Shown piece after piece: positions 43,346 through 54,360 of a stretch of DNA of 64,000 nucleotides; the stretch's first letter is position 1, and each line of letters begins with the position of its first letter. Under the pieces are notes generated by a model. It was given only the letters and a program-made list of their open reading frames with translations, did not search any database and was not told the origin of the DNA. The position numbers and the translations under genes are program-made. The stretch is from IMG/VR virus record IMGVR_UViG_3300021255_004486; one strand, given 5' to 3'. This DNA is from an uncultured virus (IMG/VR IMGVR_UViG_3300021255_004486) (taxonomy: Duplodnaviria > Heunggongvirae > Uroviricota > Caudoviricetes).

Positions 43346-43729
43346 TTATATGTCTCCGACATCCACGATGCCCATAACCAACGATTCCTCGTTGTCATTC
43401 GGGGCATTCTGAATATAATCCATCGCACCGCCGGAAATAAGGTTGTCATCAAACTCTTCAAGTCCGGCTACAGGAGTAAGATCAAATCCGTTAAGCGCCA
43501 TCAGATAGTTCTCAAAATGGTCATCATAGAGGTTTATCCCATTTGATCCGGTCAGATTGGCCTCGCTCTTATACTCAGTCTTACCATTTGCATTCTTAAG
43601 TGCTGCAACAAACGCAAAGGGCAGCTTATTTACCCGGCAGAGCTTCTTTATCTCAATAACCTTCGGTTCTATCTCTGTCTTATAAAAATGCGTAAGGTCA
43701 TATTCTGTGTAGTTGATGTCTTCTTTCAT
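43346..43729 (-). CDS. Hypothetical protein
   Basis: AAGGAG RBS; in operon with par-like genes. Confidence 0.7.
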   Translation of the reverse strand: MKEDINYTEYDLTHFYKTEIEPKVIEIKKLCRVNKLPFAFVAALKNANGKTEYKSEANLTGSNGINLYDDHFENYLMALNGFDLTPVAGLEEFDDNLISGGAMDYIQNAPNDNEESLVMGIVDVGDI

Positions 43730-43741
43730 ATAAATATCTCC

Positions 43742-44614
43742 TTATAAATTATTAAACATCTTCATCAGTTCAGCATTGCCGGCTAACCCGATCTCGACAT
43801 TATCATCAGCAGTCTGCTCCACAATTTCTTCCTTAATAGGCTCTGTAGTTGCTTCTTTTACTGTTTTATCCGGTGTCGGGATAACAGAAGGCGCAACAGG
43901 CTGTGGAACAGGAGTGGGTATCGGCTCAGTAATAGGTATAGGCTCTACATTCGCTACCGGCTGAGACTGAACAGGTGCAACTGGTGCAGACATTGCAGGC
44001 TGTGGCTGTATCTGCGCAGGCATTGGATACGGATACGCTTGAGGGTATCCACCATAGTACGGCATTTGTGGCATAGGATTTCCTTGAGGAGCAGTAAAGG
44101 GACTCAGTATCGTCTGTCGATTCTTCTGTACACGAGGTTTTTTAGAGCCCGCGTCCACATTGACTGTCTGCCCCGCAAAGGTTATTTGTTTAGCATCAGC
44201 CTTAAACACCGAGCAAGGAACAAGATTAGTATAAGCCTGGAATGGCTTTGTTGCCATATTCTCATTTTGCAACTGAGCCAGATTTATGTCCGCAAAGAAA
44301 CACGCGAGACTCTGCTGAATAAGAGCATTACGCAGTACAGACTTAAAGAACATATTCCTGCACCGAAACTTAATGTTCTTGATCATGTAGCAAGTCTTTT
44401 CGTCGGAATCGGGTATCACGAATCTTTGGTGAACCGTCTTTGCCACGTTCATGTCAAGATCGAGCGCAGGCCCGTCTATATAGAAGTGTAGTGGTTGACC
44501 GTTGGCATACGCTATAAGCGCAGCCTTCATCATTCGTGATACCGAATATCCCGCATCAACAAGAGCAATAAGGTCTGCATCAAACTTTTTGTAAAGTCTG
44601 AATTCAACGTTCAT
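43742..44614 (-). CDS. Putative ParR-like adaptor with Pro/Gln-rich tail
   Basis: Start overlaps ParM-like stop; function inferred from position. Confidence 0.5.
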   Translation of the reverse strand: MNVEFRLYKKFDADLIALVDAGYSVSRMMKAALIAYANGQPLHFYIDGPALDLDMNVAKTVHQRFVIPDSDEKTCYMIKNIKFRCRNMFFKSVLRNALIQQSLACFFADINLAQLQNENMATKPFQAYTNLVPCSVFKADAKQITFAGQTVNVDAGSKKPRVQKNRQTILSPFTAPQGNPMPQMPYYGGYPQAYPYPMPAQIQPQPAMSAPVAPVQSQPVANVEPIPITEPIPTPVPQPVAPSVIPTPDKTVKEATTEPIKEEIVEQTADDNVEIGLAGNAELMKMFNNL

Positions 44615-45780
44615 TATACAGCTCCTTCCATACCAAGCATGTTGTATCTGTACAGGTAGTATCCTCTGACATTGGAGTAGATCATATCGAGGTTGTCATT
44701 CTGATTACCATAAAGGAGCTTGATGTCTTCATCATCACCAAATCTCTCCTTTAAGATATCGAGCCAAGCAGCGCCGGTGCCACCGGTGATAACGAGGTAG
44801 TTATAATCGCTCATATTGATAACGTTAACCATACGCTCGATTGCTTCCTCGCATACAGCCTTGGATGCCTTTTCAAGGATAGCAGATATGTCGTGCTTCA
44901 CATTCTTGAAGGTCTTTTTATCGAACTGCTTAACTACGCCGGTCGCAAGATACTTCTGCATCGCAGGAACCGGAATCTCAATCCCGAACTCCTTGCGGAT
45001 CTGCTTGGATGTCTCCTGTAAAACTCTCTTCATACCAAGGTCAGAGAAAGTCTCGCCCGGACGAACAGCACCCGATACGATCGGGAATAAGTCGAATGTA
45101 CCAAACCCAGGATCGAATACCAGGACGGAAGAGCTAAGATAATCGGATGTCTCCGGTCTGAACTTACCATCCTTACCGATACATACAGAGAAGAGTGTGC
45201 CTTTAGGCTGACTCATAACGTAGATATCGGGTTCATCGATCTCAAAATCGAACTTCTGCCAAGGCTCGGAGCCCAACTTGATAGCAAAGTGATGTCTTCC
45301 GGCGATCACGTCCTTAAGATCTTTCTCGTCACTCATATATCTCTCGGGCAGACCTGTCTGAACCACGATCTTATCATTTCCGGGTGAACCGTACTTATTG
45401 GTTCTCATTCCAAGACCAAGGCCAACCTCGGTGTAGACCTTGAACATGGGACTCATATAGCGGTCTCTGCCATAGAGAGAAGCCTCTGAATCGGAAGTAT
45501 CACCGGCATCCATGATATTCTGAGCCAGTTCTCCGACGAGCCACTCCTCACCGGTATCAAAGTTCTTGTAAACGATCGACTCCTCGGGTGCCTTGGCGAT
45601 AAACTGAAAATCCTCGTCTACGCGCTTTGCGTATGAAGGGAAAACGCCAACGCTGTTGGAAGAGAAGAGCTTAACTGCCGAATAGCCTGCATCAAGAGCA
45701 ATTTCTCTGATCCCGGGAATCTGCCCATTGTTACGTTCGATATTAAGCTCTGTTCTTGTGCGATACTGCTTTGTATCCAT
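44614..45780 (-). CDS. ParM/StbA-family actin-like ATPase
   Basis: ALDAGYSAVK, QTGLP, SQPKG, FDPGFGTFD, ITGGTG. Confidence 0.85.
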   Translation of the reverse strand: MDTKQYRTRTELNIERNNGQIPGIREIALDAGYSAVKLFSSNSVGVFPSYAKRVDEDFQFIAKAPEESIVYKNFDTGEEWLVGELAQNIMDAGDTSDSEASLYGRDRYMSPMFKVYTEVGLGLGMRTNKYGSPGNDKIVVQTGLPERYMSDEKDLKDVIAGRHHFAIKLGSEPWQKFDFEIDEPDIYVMSQPKGTLFSVCIGKDGKFRPETSDYLSSSVLVFDPGFGTFDLFPIVSGAVRPGETFSDLGMKRVLQETSKQIRKEFGIEIPVPAMQKYLATGVVKQFDKKTFKNVKHDISAILEKASKAVCEEAIERMVNVINMSDYNYLVITGGTGAAWLDILKERFGDDEDIKLLYGNQNDNLDMIYSNVRGYYLYRYNMLGMEGAV

Positions 45781-45797
45781 TTATCTGCTCCTTTCGA

Positions 45798-46280
45798 TTA
45801 AAACTGTAACACTTTAGTTACTTTGTACTTAATGTTATTTATAGATACAGGCCCATTTTGCCTGCTATCTGTGCTGTTATTGCGGTTATCTCCTATATAG
45901 AAGTATTCATCTTCGCTAAGAGTGTACGGTTCTTTGATCATCCCCGCATCTTCTATAGCCTCGTAATTGTATGGAGATAACTCGCCATTTACATAAAGAA
46001 ACCCATCATCGGCTACCTCTATGGTGTCGCCCGGAAGAGCAACGATACGTTTGATAACCTTATAGAACGGATTCTTTGTTACAACCACGACATCGCCGGC
46101 CTCAACATCCTCGTGGACAGCCTCAGTCAACACAATCTGTCCGTTTGTATACGTTGGCTCCATTGATATCCCATCTACTATATAAGGATGAAACAAAGCC
46201 TGGAAGGAGACGGCAATGGCAATTCCTATGGTTATTGCTATCAGCGTATCTGTGATTAACTTACTTGCTTTGTGATTCAT
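45798..46280 (-). CDS. Signal peptidase I
   Basis: GISMEPT, IKRIVALPGD, GDNRNNSTDSR. Confidence 0.9.
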   Translation of the reverse strand: MNHKASKLITDTLIAITIGIAIAVSFQALFHPYIVDGISMEPTYTNGQIVLTEAVHEDVEAGDVVVVTKNPFYKVIKRIVALPGDTIEVADDGFLYVNGELSPYNYEAIEDAGMIKEPYTLSEDEYFYIGDNRNNSTDSRQNGPVSINNIKYKVTKVLQF

Positions 46281-46651
46281 AGTCCCAACACCGTCATATT
46301 GAGGATTCCGAGACGGATCTCCTTGTCGTCATACCGAAGAACCTTAACGGAAATCTTCTGCCTGGTGCCTTTATAAGTGAAAGAGTAGTTAAGGAAATTC
46401 GTTGTCGGCTCTTCTTTGGAGATGATATCCAAGAACTTGAACACCAATCCCTGATAGTCGTCCAAATTAAGCCTGTTGGGACAAGGCAAATGCTCTTCAT
46501 CCTGGTTTTCGGGGAAATATTGCTCACAGGCATAGAATGGTGTCTTTATAAGCTCCGTGTTCTTTGCTATGAGCATTCTTACCGGTTTATCGTGATTCAT
46601 ACAATAAACCGTGATCTTATTCCATATTCCCTCTATCTTCTCAGAGCCCAT
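46277..46651 (-). CDS. Hypothetical protein
   Basis: ORF coupled to signal peptidase gene. Confidence 0.65.
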   Translation of the reverse strand: MGSEKIEGIWNKITVYCMNHDKPVRMLIAKNTELIKTPFYACEQYFPENQDEEHLPCPNRLNLDDYQGLVFKFLDIISKEEPTTNFLNYSFTYKGTRQKISVKVLRYDDKEIRLGILNMTVLGL

Positions 46652-46922
46652 ATAATATCCTTCCTTCGTGTCAATATAGCGACTTATAATCGTGGCTTCT
46701 ACAATGCCTATTCATTCGCTTACAAGATAAGTATGTAAGATTCGATTTTGAAATCATTTTTCTGTACACGAAAAATTTGGAATTTTACACTTTCAGCCAC
46801 ACATAGGCGATACCAAGAGCCGATACGAGCCACTACACCCGATTCCCTGCGTTTCAGATTTTTGACCGTTACTTATTCCACACTTAATTAAAGAAGCAAA
46901 ATTATCATACGGAGGAATCAAA

Positions 46923-47498
46923 ATGGATAATACAAGCAACAGAGTGGAAGTAAGCGGTCGTATTATTTCTATTAAATCTAACAACAATGGATCTAACTAC
47001 ATCACCATACTCACAAGAAACGGAAGAGATGCATTCTTAAGATTCTTTTGTCCAAAGAGCGTTCCGGTTGATGGTTATAAGCTCCGGGCAAGAGTATCTG
47101 TTACAGGAAGAGTAGCATCAACACATAGGAAAGACAGCAGAACCGGCAAGTGGGTTACAGACCAGTTCTTTGTCGCAGACGACATCCGCAATACCCCCAC
47201 ACTTACCGAGACAGCCTTTGGAGTTAAAGGCAAATTCTTCCCCGATATGGACGCGAAAATTTATATTCACGGAACCATTGAGAATATCAAGGATGATTCT
47301 GAATGGATCAGATATATCGTTAAAGTCGATGATAAAACCACCGTCAGACTTAACATGAAGCGCTTAGACCGTCAGCCCAACATAAAGGTTGGCGATGAGA
47401 TATATACCGTTTGTTCAGTATCTACACCAAAGAAGAACTTAAACGGCAGAGATGTGTATTTCGAGGATATCATCATATCCGACATAGCAACAATGTGA
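46923..47498 (+). CDS. Putative OB-fold / SSB-like protein
   Basis: NRVEVSGRI start, VSVTGRV; two OB-like halves. Confidence 0.55.
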   Translation: MDNTSNRVEVSGRIISIKSNNNGSNYITILTRNGRDAFLRFFCPKSVPVDGYKLRARVSVTGRVASTHRKDSRTGKWVTDQFFVADDIRNTPTLTETAFGVKGKFFPDMDAKIYIHGTIENIKDDSEWIRYIVKVDDKTTVRLNMKRLDRQPNIKVGDEIYTVCSVSTPKKNLNGRDVYFEDIIISDIATM

Positions 47499-47507
47499 GG
47501 TAGCAAA

Positions 47508-48077
47508 ATGTTAAAAGACAAAGACGGCTCAAGGACACTTGAGTTAGACAGAAAAGAGAACTCTGTAATCGGGATGTATGAACTGAATAACCCGACATCA
47601 GTAGAAGGCATAAGAAAGCTGACACTCAGCGAATCCTTTAAGAAGTGTACCGGGCTTAACAGCATAGATGAATATATAGCCAAATACGAGACAACAGCCG
47701 AAAGATATCCCGACGGACTGTTGTTTTATGCCCTTGTTTACGGCAAGGTTGAGGCTCTTATGATGTACACCCCGATCAAAAAGGAACTGTACAGAGCTCT
47801 TGAAGACCATGTCGTTATAAATATGAAGAGCATCAATTACGAGATGTTTACGGAAGACCATTTTAACGGCAACTACGGACTGATCCTGGGGCCGCTTACA
47901 TCACAAAGAGACATTCCCGACTCCGTAAAGGAGAGCCTTATCAACTTCTGTATCAAGAGAGAGAATAAGCGCAGGCACTATATCGCGATAATCGAAAGCG
48001 AGAACGACAGCATCTTTTACAGCAACAAGTTCTGCTTTATCGGCGATATCAAGAATAAATACCTCGTCATAAGGTAG
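47508..48077 (+). CDS. Hypothetical protein
   Basis: GAGGT RBS. Confidence 0.65.
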   Translation: MLKDKDGSRTLELDRKENSVIGMYELNNPTSVEGIRKLTLSESFKKCTGLNSIDEYIAKYETTAERYPDGLLFYALVYGKVEALMMYTPIKKELYRALEDHVVINMKSINYEMFTEDHFNGNYGLILGPLTSQRDIPDSVKESLINFCIKRENKRRHYIAIIESENDSIFYSNKFCFIGDIKNKYLVIR

Positions 48078-48209
48078 CACTGCTACTTTGTTCATAATTC
48101 ATTTACCTTTCATACTGAGGAATCCTCGCATAAGCGGGGATTTTCTCGTGTACAGAAAACAGGACTTAACTATGAATCTTCCATACTTATCGTACAAAGG
48201 AGCGTACTT

Positions 48210-50309
48210 ATGCAACTGATCGGCTATTTTAATAGGAAATACAGAAGAAACGAAAAGAGTGGATTATCGAGATTTACTCTTAAGACTGCGGATGGACGCA
48301 CCATTACATGTGAAGGCATCTGTATCAACTATCCCAAATACGCTCCGCTCATCATGGACGGTTCATATAAGGATGGCATATTCACCTTTGAGTCAGTCTA
48401 CTTATATGATAAGGATAAGACTTTATTTGAAAACTTCTTATCCGGCGGATACTTTACCGGTATAGGCAAAGCAGGCGCAAACAATCTAATATCAGTTCTG
48501 CCTGGTGATTTTCTTAAAATCATGCGCTCAACCCCCCTACAGGAATTCATATCTGAAAATGAGCTTAATTCATACGTGCATACACTCAGAAGAATAGCAG
48601 AGATTACCGCATTCGAGGATCTATACGATTACATAAAAGACCATGGCGGGAGCTTCTTTAACGCGCTTAAGATGTATGAAAAGTTTGCATCAGACTCACT
48701 TTCAGTCATAAAAAGGAATCCGTATACGCTCGTATATGCCGGCGCGAAATTCTCTGTATGCGAAAAAATCGCAAAAGAGCAGGGAATAAGCGAATGTGAC
48801 AAAAGGCGCATCGACATGGTTTTGTATTGTTCTATGGAGAATATCCGCAACAATGGCAATACAAAGGTGTCATTCCACGACTTATGCCAAGCTGTAAGAT
48901 ATGTTGAGCGTGACTCAGAGTACACAACAAGCCCGCTATTTATAGCAGAATCGCTCATCAAGGGCGAATACGTGCTTGAAAATACCAAGGATAACACATT
49001 CATCTCCACCAAGGAAGACTATGACGCAGAAAGCGGGATCGCGTTCAACCTAAAGAGGCTCGCACGGACAAAAAGACCGCTTAATAACATCACGCCCACC
49101 AATGAAATCGAGATAGAGTGTGGAATAACATACTCTGATGAGCAAAAAGAGACATTTGACACACTAAACGAAACCGGCACATATATTATCACTGGTGGCC
49201 CGGGCACAGGCAAAACATCGGTGCTCAATGGAATCCTTAAAAAATATGAGAAGGATAACCCATATAACAAGATCGTTTTGTGCGCACCGACCGGATGCGC
49301 AGCGAGACGCATGCAGGAAACTACAGGCAGAGAAGCATCAACCATTCATAAATTACTCAACATTCAGCCTTTTTCCGGCGAATATACACGCACAAGTAAA
49401 CTCGACGCAAACTGTGTAGTGGTAGATGAATGCTCAATGATAGACACATTCATAATGAATAAACTGCTTGCGTCCATAAATGACGGAACACTCTTAATCC
49501 TACTTGGCGATTCCGACCAGTTACCCTCTGTCGGAGCGGGAAACATCTTATCAGACATGATTGAGAGCGGCGTTATCAAGGTTTACAGACTTACCAAGAT
49601 ATTCAGACAGAAGAACGGAAATCTGATCATCGACAACAGTAAGCGTGTGATAAATGGCGACAATAACCTTGAATGCGGAACTAATTTCATCATCAAGACT
49701 GTAGATAATGAGGATTCACTCATTTCGTCAGCCTTAAATATCTGCAAGAAAGTACGTATGAACGGCGATACAAAGCTGTACACGCCATCACGAGCGGTTC
49801 AGTTTAAGTCCGGCTCTATAAATATGAACAAAAGCATTCAGAATGCGCTTCATAAGGAAGATGAAGAATCCCTCGTATATGGATACTACACATTCTCGGT
49901 AGGAGACAGAGTGATTTTCAATAAGAATAACTATGAGCTCGGATATTATAACGGACAAGAGGGAGTCATTAAGAATATCCAGGTCATTCACGAAAAGTAC
50001 CACATCACGATAGATTCGGATGGAACAGCCATAAATCTGTCCGGTACGGATATCGATGATATCGATTTAGGCTACATCATAACCGCGCATAAATCCCAGG
50101 GCGGAGAGTGTAAGAACGCAGTAATCCTTGTGCCCAAACGCCCCGCATCACTCCTTAAGAGACAGCTCTTATATGTAGAGATAACAAGGGCAAAGGAAAA
50201 CGTGGTAATAATCGAGGAAAAGGGAGCATTAAACACCGCAATCAGCAGTATTTACGAGAACAAGCGCACTACCGGACTACTGGATAAGATCAGTTTGGCT
50301 TTTGCGTAA
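48210..50309 (+). CDS. RecD2/TraA-family helicase 1
   Basis: GGPGTGKT, APTG, DECSM, GDSDQLPSVGAG, HKSQGGE. Confidence 0.9.
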   Translation: MQLIGYFNRKYRRNEKSGLSRFTLKTADGRTITCEGICINYPKYAPLIMDGSYKDGIFTFESVYLYDKDKTLFENFLSGGYFTGIGKAGANNLISVLPGDFLKIMRSTPLQEFISENELNSYVHTLRRIAEITAFEDLYDYIKDHGGSFFNALKMYEKFASDSLSVIKRNPYTLVYAGAKFSVCEKIAKEQGISECDKRRIDMVLYCSMENIRNNGNTKVSFHDLCQAVRYVERDSEYTTSPLFIAESLIKGEYVLENTKDNTFISTKEDYDAESGIAFNLKRLARTKRPLNNITPTNEIEIECGITYSDEQKETFDTLNETGTYIITGGPGTGKTSVLNGILKKYEKDNPYNKIVLCAPTGCAARRMQETTGREASTIHKLLNIQPFSGEYTRTSKLDANCVVVDECSMIDTFIMNKLLASINDGTLLILLGDSDQLPSVGAGNILSDMIESGVIKVYRLTKIFRQKNGNLIIDNSKRVINGDNNLECGTNFIIKTVDNEDSLISSALNICKKVRMNGDTKLYTPSRAVQFKSGSINMNKSIQNALHKEDEESLVYGYYTFSVGDRVIFNKNNYELGYYNGQEGVIKNIQVIHEKYHITIDSDGTAINLSGTDIDDIDLGYIITAHKSQGGECKNAVILVPKRPASLLKRQLLYVEITRAKENVVIIEEKGALNTAISSIYENKRTTGLLDKISLAFA

Positions 50310-50385
50310 AAATTCGTGTACAGAAAACGAATATAAAACGCGATTCTTTCATACTTAATATAGAAGATTCAATGAAAGGATAACT

Positions 50386-52746
50386 ATGGTCACAGGAGAA
50401 GTCAAAAAGATACTTACACAAAAGGATAACGACTGGGGACGTTACGAGATTGCAAATGCCGGCAAGAAAACTCTTGTTGTCGGCATTATCCCGAATGTCT
50501 CCATTGGCATGATAGTGTCCTTAGATGTTGTCGAAGAGGTAAACAAGTACGGCAAGCAGTTAAAGATAATAAACGTGTTAACCTCTGAGGCTGATAAATA
50601 TGCCGGGGCAAGGAAATTCCTTGTAGATGGGTTCGTTAAGCATATCGGAGCCACAAAAGCCGCTGCTATGGTAAAAGCATACGGCGCAGAATGCCTTGAT
50701 ATGTTCGAAACACCCGAAGGCAGAGCGATGTTATCAAAAGTAAAAGGCGTTAGTGAAAAGATTCTCGATAAGGCTATGCCTTCATACTTGGAGAATAAGA
50801 AATACAAGGACATTGTTTTGTTCTTAAACGGCATCGGAACAAAGCATCAGATCGAGAAGATATATGACAAATACGGCGATGAAGCCGTAAAAGTGCTTAA
50901 GCAGAATCCTTACAGACTTCAAATGGATCTGGACGGGTTTGGGTTTAAGCGTGCAGATGCGATTGCCCAGGCAAGCGGAATAAAGCCCGATTCAGTATAC
51001 AGAGTATCCGCAGCCATCAAATATATCATAGAAGAGGCACAGAATACCGGTGGACATTGTTTCCTCACCATAAATGAGATCAAACAACAGACCGCACCAG
51101 TCCTTGTGCCTTTACCCAAGTTTAAGGACATATCGGAGATTGTGGCAAACAACGCTCTTAAAGAGTGGCCCGACTCCAAAGAAAAGCTTATCAAGGCTCA
51201 CGATCCGAGCGCAGAGACTTTGCAGAAACTCAGCGAGATAAGCGAAACCAGGGAACTCATCAACAACGTATTGGTAGAAGCCTTATCAAAAGCGATAGAA
51301 GATGGCGACTTCGTCAACGATGACGGTCGGATATATACAGTCTCTATGTATAAGAAAGAAACCGAGACTGCTCAGATGATAGCAAAGATGTGCAATCAGC
51401 ACCCGGTTTGCTATATGAAAAAGGAAGTCATCGAAGAGGCTATAAAAGAAGTAGAAGCCCGCAAAACCAAGGAGCTTAAAAAGCGTGGCTCATCCGCACC
51501 TTTCCTTATAACCCAGGAACAGCGCGATGCGGTATATCTTGCGCTTATGCACAGGATCTCGATTATCTCCGGTGGCCCCGGTCGTGGAAAGACCGCCATA
51601 AGCGAGATAGTAGCACAGGCATTCATAAAAGGAAGCGGTTCCCATAAGAAAAGCGACATTATAATGCTCGCGCCGACAGGTAGAGCAGCGCAAAGGATCA
51701 CCGAATCCACCGGTTATGATGCCATGACTGCGCACAGAGCCGTGCTTTCAATGAGAAACGGATATGATGTGCCGAGAAATAAACTCATTTTGTGCGATGA
51801 GACATCAATGGTAGACATATACCTTATGCATTCGATTATGGAGTATGCAAAATACTGTAACCTCATCTTCGTCGGAGATGTAGACCAGATAGCATCGGTT
51901 GGCCCTGGACGAGTATTAAGGGACATGATCGAATCAAAGGCTGTTCCCTGCATTCTTCTTAAGCAGGGACACAGAAACTCCGGCACGATAGCCCACAACT
52001 CCGAACTCATCAATGCAGGGCTTAAGATAGACAAATACTGCTACGACGAGCACTTTGTATACATTCCCGGAGACATCGACTTCATAAGCAATGCCATAGT
52101 CAACGACTACATCAAGAAAGTAGAACAGTATGGCATAAAGAATGTAATGCTTTGTGCAGCCATGAAAGAGAGAGGCCCTGTAGCAGTAAATAAGCTCAAT
52201 AAGATATTGCAGGAGCACTATACCAAAGGCAATAAGCAGGCATCTTACTCGGGAGATAGGATATTCAGAGTCGGCGACAGAGTAATGCAGACAAAGAATG
52301 ACTACAGTTTCGTCAAGAGACACAACGGAAAAGAGATAGAAGGCGTGTTTAATGGCGAAAAGGGCACGGTAGTAAGCGTCACTTACGATGAGGAAGAAGA
52401 ATCTTACAATCTTATAGTAGAGTTTGATGATGGCAGTTTCGGTGGATATACAAGGAATACCGTTGTCAATCTCACCCTTGCTTATGCAACAACACTTCAT
52501 AAGTGCCAGGGTTCAGAAGCCGCTTGTATGATGATGGCTTATACATACGGAGACTATATGCTCCTTAACCGCTCGCTGTTCTACACAGGGGAGACAAGAG
52601 CAAAGAAGGAGTTTAGATTCTACGGAGAAGAGAAGTATAAGTACGGAACAATGCTTTCAGCGTTTGATATAGCGGTTTCAAAGACCGATGACGCAAAACG
52701 GAATACTGCATTGGCAGAACGAATAGTAAAGGAGATAAACGAGTAA
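50386..52746 (+). CDS. RecD2/TraA-family helicase 2
   Basis: GGPGRGKT, APTGRAA, DETSM, GDVDQ, HKCQGSE. Confidence 0.9.
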   Translation: MVTGEVKKILTQKDNDWGRYEIANAGKKTLVVGIIPNVSIGMIVSLDVVEEVNKYGKQLKIINVLTSEADKYAGARKFLVDGFVKHIGATKAAAMVKAYGAECLDMFETPEGRAMLSKVKGVSEKILDKAMPSYLENKKYKDIVLFLNGIGTKHQIEKIYDKYGDEAVKVLKQNPYRLQMDLDGFGFKRADAIAQASGIKPDSVYRVSAAIKYIIEEAQNTGGHCFLTINEIKQQTAPVLVPLPKFKDISEIVANNALKEWPDSKEKLIKAHDPSAETLQKLSEISETRELINNVLVEALSKAIEDGDFVNDDGRIYTVSMYKKETETAQMIAKMCNQHPVCYMKKEVIEEAIKEVEARKTKELKKRGSSAPFLITQEQRDAVYLALMHRISIISGGPGRGKTAISEIVAQAFIKGSGSHKKSDIIMLAPTGRAAQRITESTGYDAMTAHRAVLSMRNGYDVPRNKLILCDETSMVDIYLMHSIMEYAKYCNLIFVGDVDQIASVGPGRVLRDMIESKAVPCILLKQGHRNSGTIAHNSELINAGLKIDKYCYDEHFVYIPGDIDFISNAIVNDYIKKVEQYGIKNVMLCAAMKERGPVAVNKLNKILQEHYTKGNKQASYSGDRIFRVGDRVMQTKNDYSFVKRHNGKEIEGVFNGEKGTVVSVTYDEEEESYNLIVEFDDGSFGGYTRNTVVNLTLAYATTLHKCQGSEAACMMMAYTYGDYMLLNRSLFYTGETRAKKEFRFYGEEKYKYGTMLSAFDIAVSKTDDAKRNTALAERIVKEINE

Positions 52747-52759
52747 AGGAGATAAACGA

Positions 52760-53040
52760 GTCAATAACCCACGGCTCAAGAACCGGTGGGCTTGAGTAAA
52801 AGGATTTACGATTTACTCAACGTCCACATATTGACCAGCCTAAGTGCTTTACGCACTACGTTAGGAGAGAATATATAGGCACCGTAGGATATTAAGCCCA
52901 GTCCTACGCTCTGCGGCCGGTGATTAAACAGTCCTGTTGGGTAGGGACAGTGTTATCGGCACATAAACCTCTCATTAACATTGGCGAGGGCTAACCAACG
53001 GTACGATGCACACCGGCTTATAGCATAAAGTGTATCAATA
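52760..53040 (+). ncRNA. omegaRNA (HEARO-like) scaffold
   Basis: TTGACCAGCCTAAG, CTACGTT, CTCTGCGG, ACATTGGCGAGGG elements upstream of iscB. Confidence 0.8.
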
Positions 53041-53060
53041 AAGGGAAGGAGTGCCTTCAA

Positions 53061-54299
53061 GTGGTATATGTGTTAAATAAAACCGGACATTCGCTTATGC
53101 CTACTGAAAGGCACGGTAAAGTCAGACGGATGTTAAAGTCCGGCGAAGCAATAGTTGTAAAGAAATGTCCGTTTACGATACAGCTCACATATCACACTAC
53201 AGGAAGAGTACAACCTATATCTTTGGGTATAGATGCAGGAAGCAAGACTATCGGAGTGTCCGCCACCATAGAAAGTAAGGTGCTTTACGAAGCGGAAGTT
53301 ACTTTAAGAAACGACATCGTGGATTTACTTTCAACCCGTAGAGAATGTCGCAAGACAAGACGAAACTGTAAAACACGCTACCGCAAGCCAAGATTCGATA
53401 ATCGTACCCGTAAAAATGGTTGGCTTACCCCAAGTATACAAAACAAGGTAGATACACACCTTAAAGTGGTTGAAAACGTATGCAGAATACTTCCTGTAAG
53501 CAAGATAGTAGTTGAGGTTGCCGCATTTGATATACAAAAGATAAAGAATCCCGGTATAGAGGGCGAACAATACCAACAGGGCGACCAACTCGGCTTTTGG
53601 AATGTCCGTGAGTATGTACTTTTCAGAGACGGGCATACATGCCAATGCTGTAAGGGTAAGTCAAAGGACAAAATCCTTAACGTCCACCACATAGAGAGTC
53701 GTAAAACAGGTGGAGACGCACCAAATAATTTGATCACTTTATGTGAAACCTGTCATAAAGGTTATCATGCCGGTACGGTCAAACTGCCAAAGATCATTAA
53801 ACGAGGCATGACATTTAAGGATGCAACTTTTATGGGGATCATGCGGTGGGCTTTCTATAACAGACTAAAGGAAATGTATCCAAATGTAAGCTTCACCTAC
53901 GGATATATAACAAAGAACACGCGCATACAGAACGACTTACCAAAAGAACACCATATCGACGCAAGGTGTATATCCGGCAATTCAACAGCAAAAACCGCAG
54001 GAGAAGTTTTCTATCAAAAGAAAATAAGATGCCACAACAGACAACTGTACAAGAGTACCATTCTAAGAGGCGGACGCAGGAAGCTTAACCAGGCAGGTAA
54101 ATATGTAAAGGGATACAAGCTGTTCGATGTTGTTAAATTTAACAATAATACATATACAATCTTCGGAAGAAGAGATAGCGGCTTCTTTGACATAAGAACA
54201 CTATCTGGAGAGAAGATCAACAACGGTAGTATTAGTTGCAAAAAACTTAAGTTTATATCACACCAACAAAGTTTTATAACAGAAAGGAGGACTGCCTAA
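53061..54299 (+). CDS. iscB: RNA-guided endonuclease IscB
   Basis: SLMP (PLMP-like), LGIDAG RuvC-I, Arg-rich helix, CQCC..HH..NLITLCETCH HNH, HHIDA RuvC-III. Confidence 0.93.
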   Translation: MVYVLNKTGHSLMPTERHGKVRRMLKSGEAIVVKKCPFTIQLTYHTTGRVQPISLGIDAGSKTIGVSATIESKVLYEAEVTLRNDIVDLLSTRRECRKTRRNCKTRYRKPRFDNRTRKNGWLTPSIQNKVDTHLKVVENVCRILPVSKIVVEVAAFDIQKIKNPGIEGEQYQQGDQLGFWNVREYVLFRDGHTCQCCKGKSKDKILNVHHIESRKTGGDAPNNLITLCETCHKGYHAGTVKLPKIIKRGMTFKDATFMGIMRWAFYNRLKEMYPNVSFTYGYITKNTRIQNDLPKEHHIDARCISGNSTAKTAGEVFYQKKIRCHNRQLYKSTILRGGRRKLNQAGKYVKGYKLFDVVKFNNNTYTIFGRRDSGFFDIRTLSGEKINNGSISCKKLKFISHQQSFITERRTA

Positions 54300-54360
54300 C
54301 GGCAGAGGTTGCTCTTTCCATCACCTGAAGGCAATGGGTTTCCGCAACCTTAAACTATTT

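Larger units (their letters stand above)
52760..54360 (+). mobile_element. Non-autonomous IS200/IS605-family IscB element
   Basis: GTCAATAACCC left end with hairpin, omegaRNA-like region, iscB, right-end hairpin; no tnpA. Confidence 0.8.

Noticed and set aside
52725..52761. 17-bp tandem repeat as a target-site duplication
   Set aside because: Both copies are on the same side of the element, and IS200/IS605 elements do not create TSDs.
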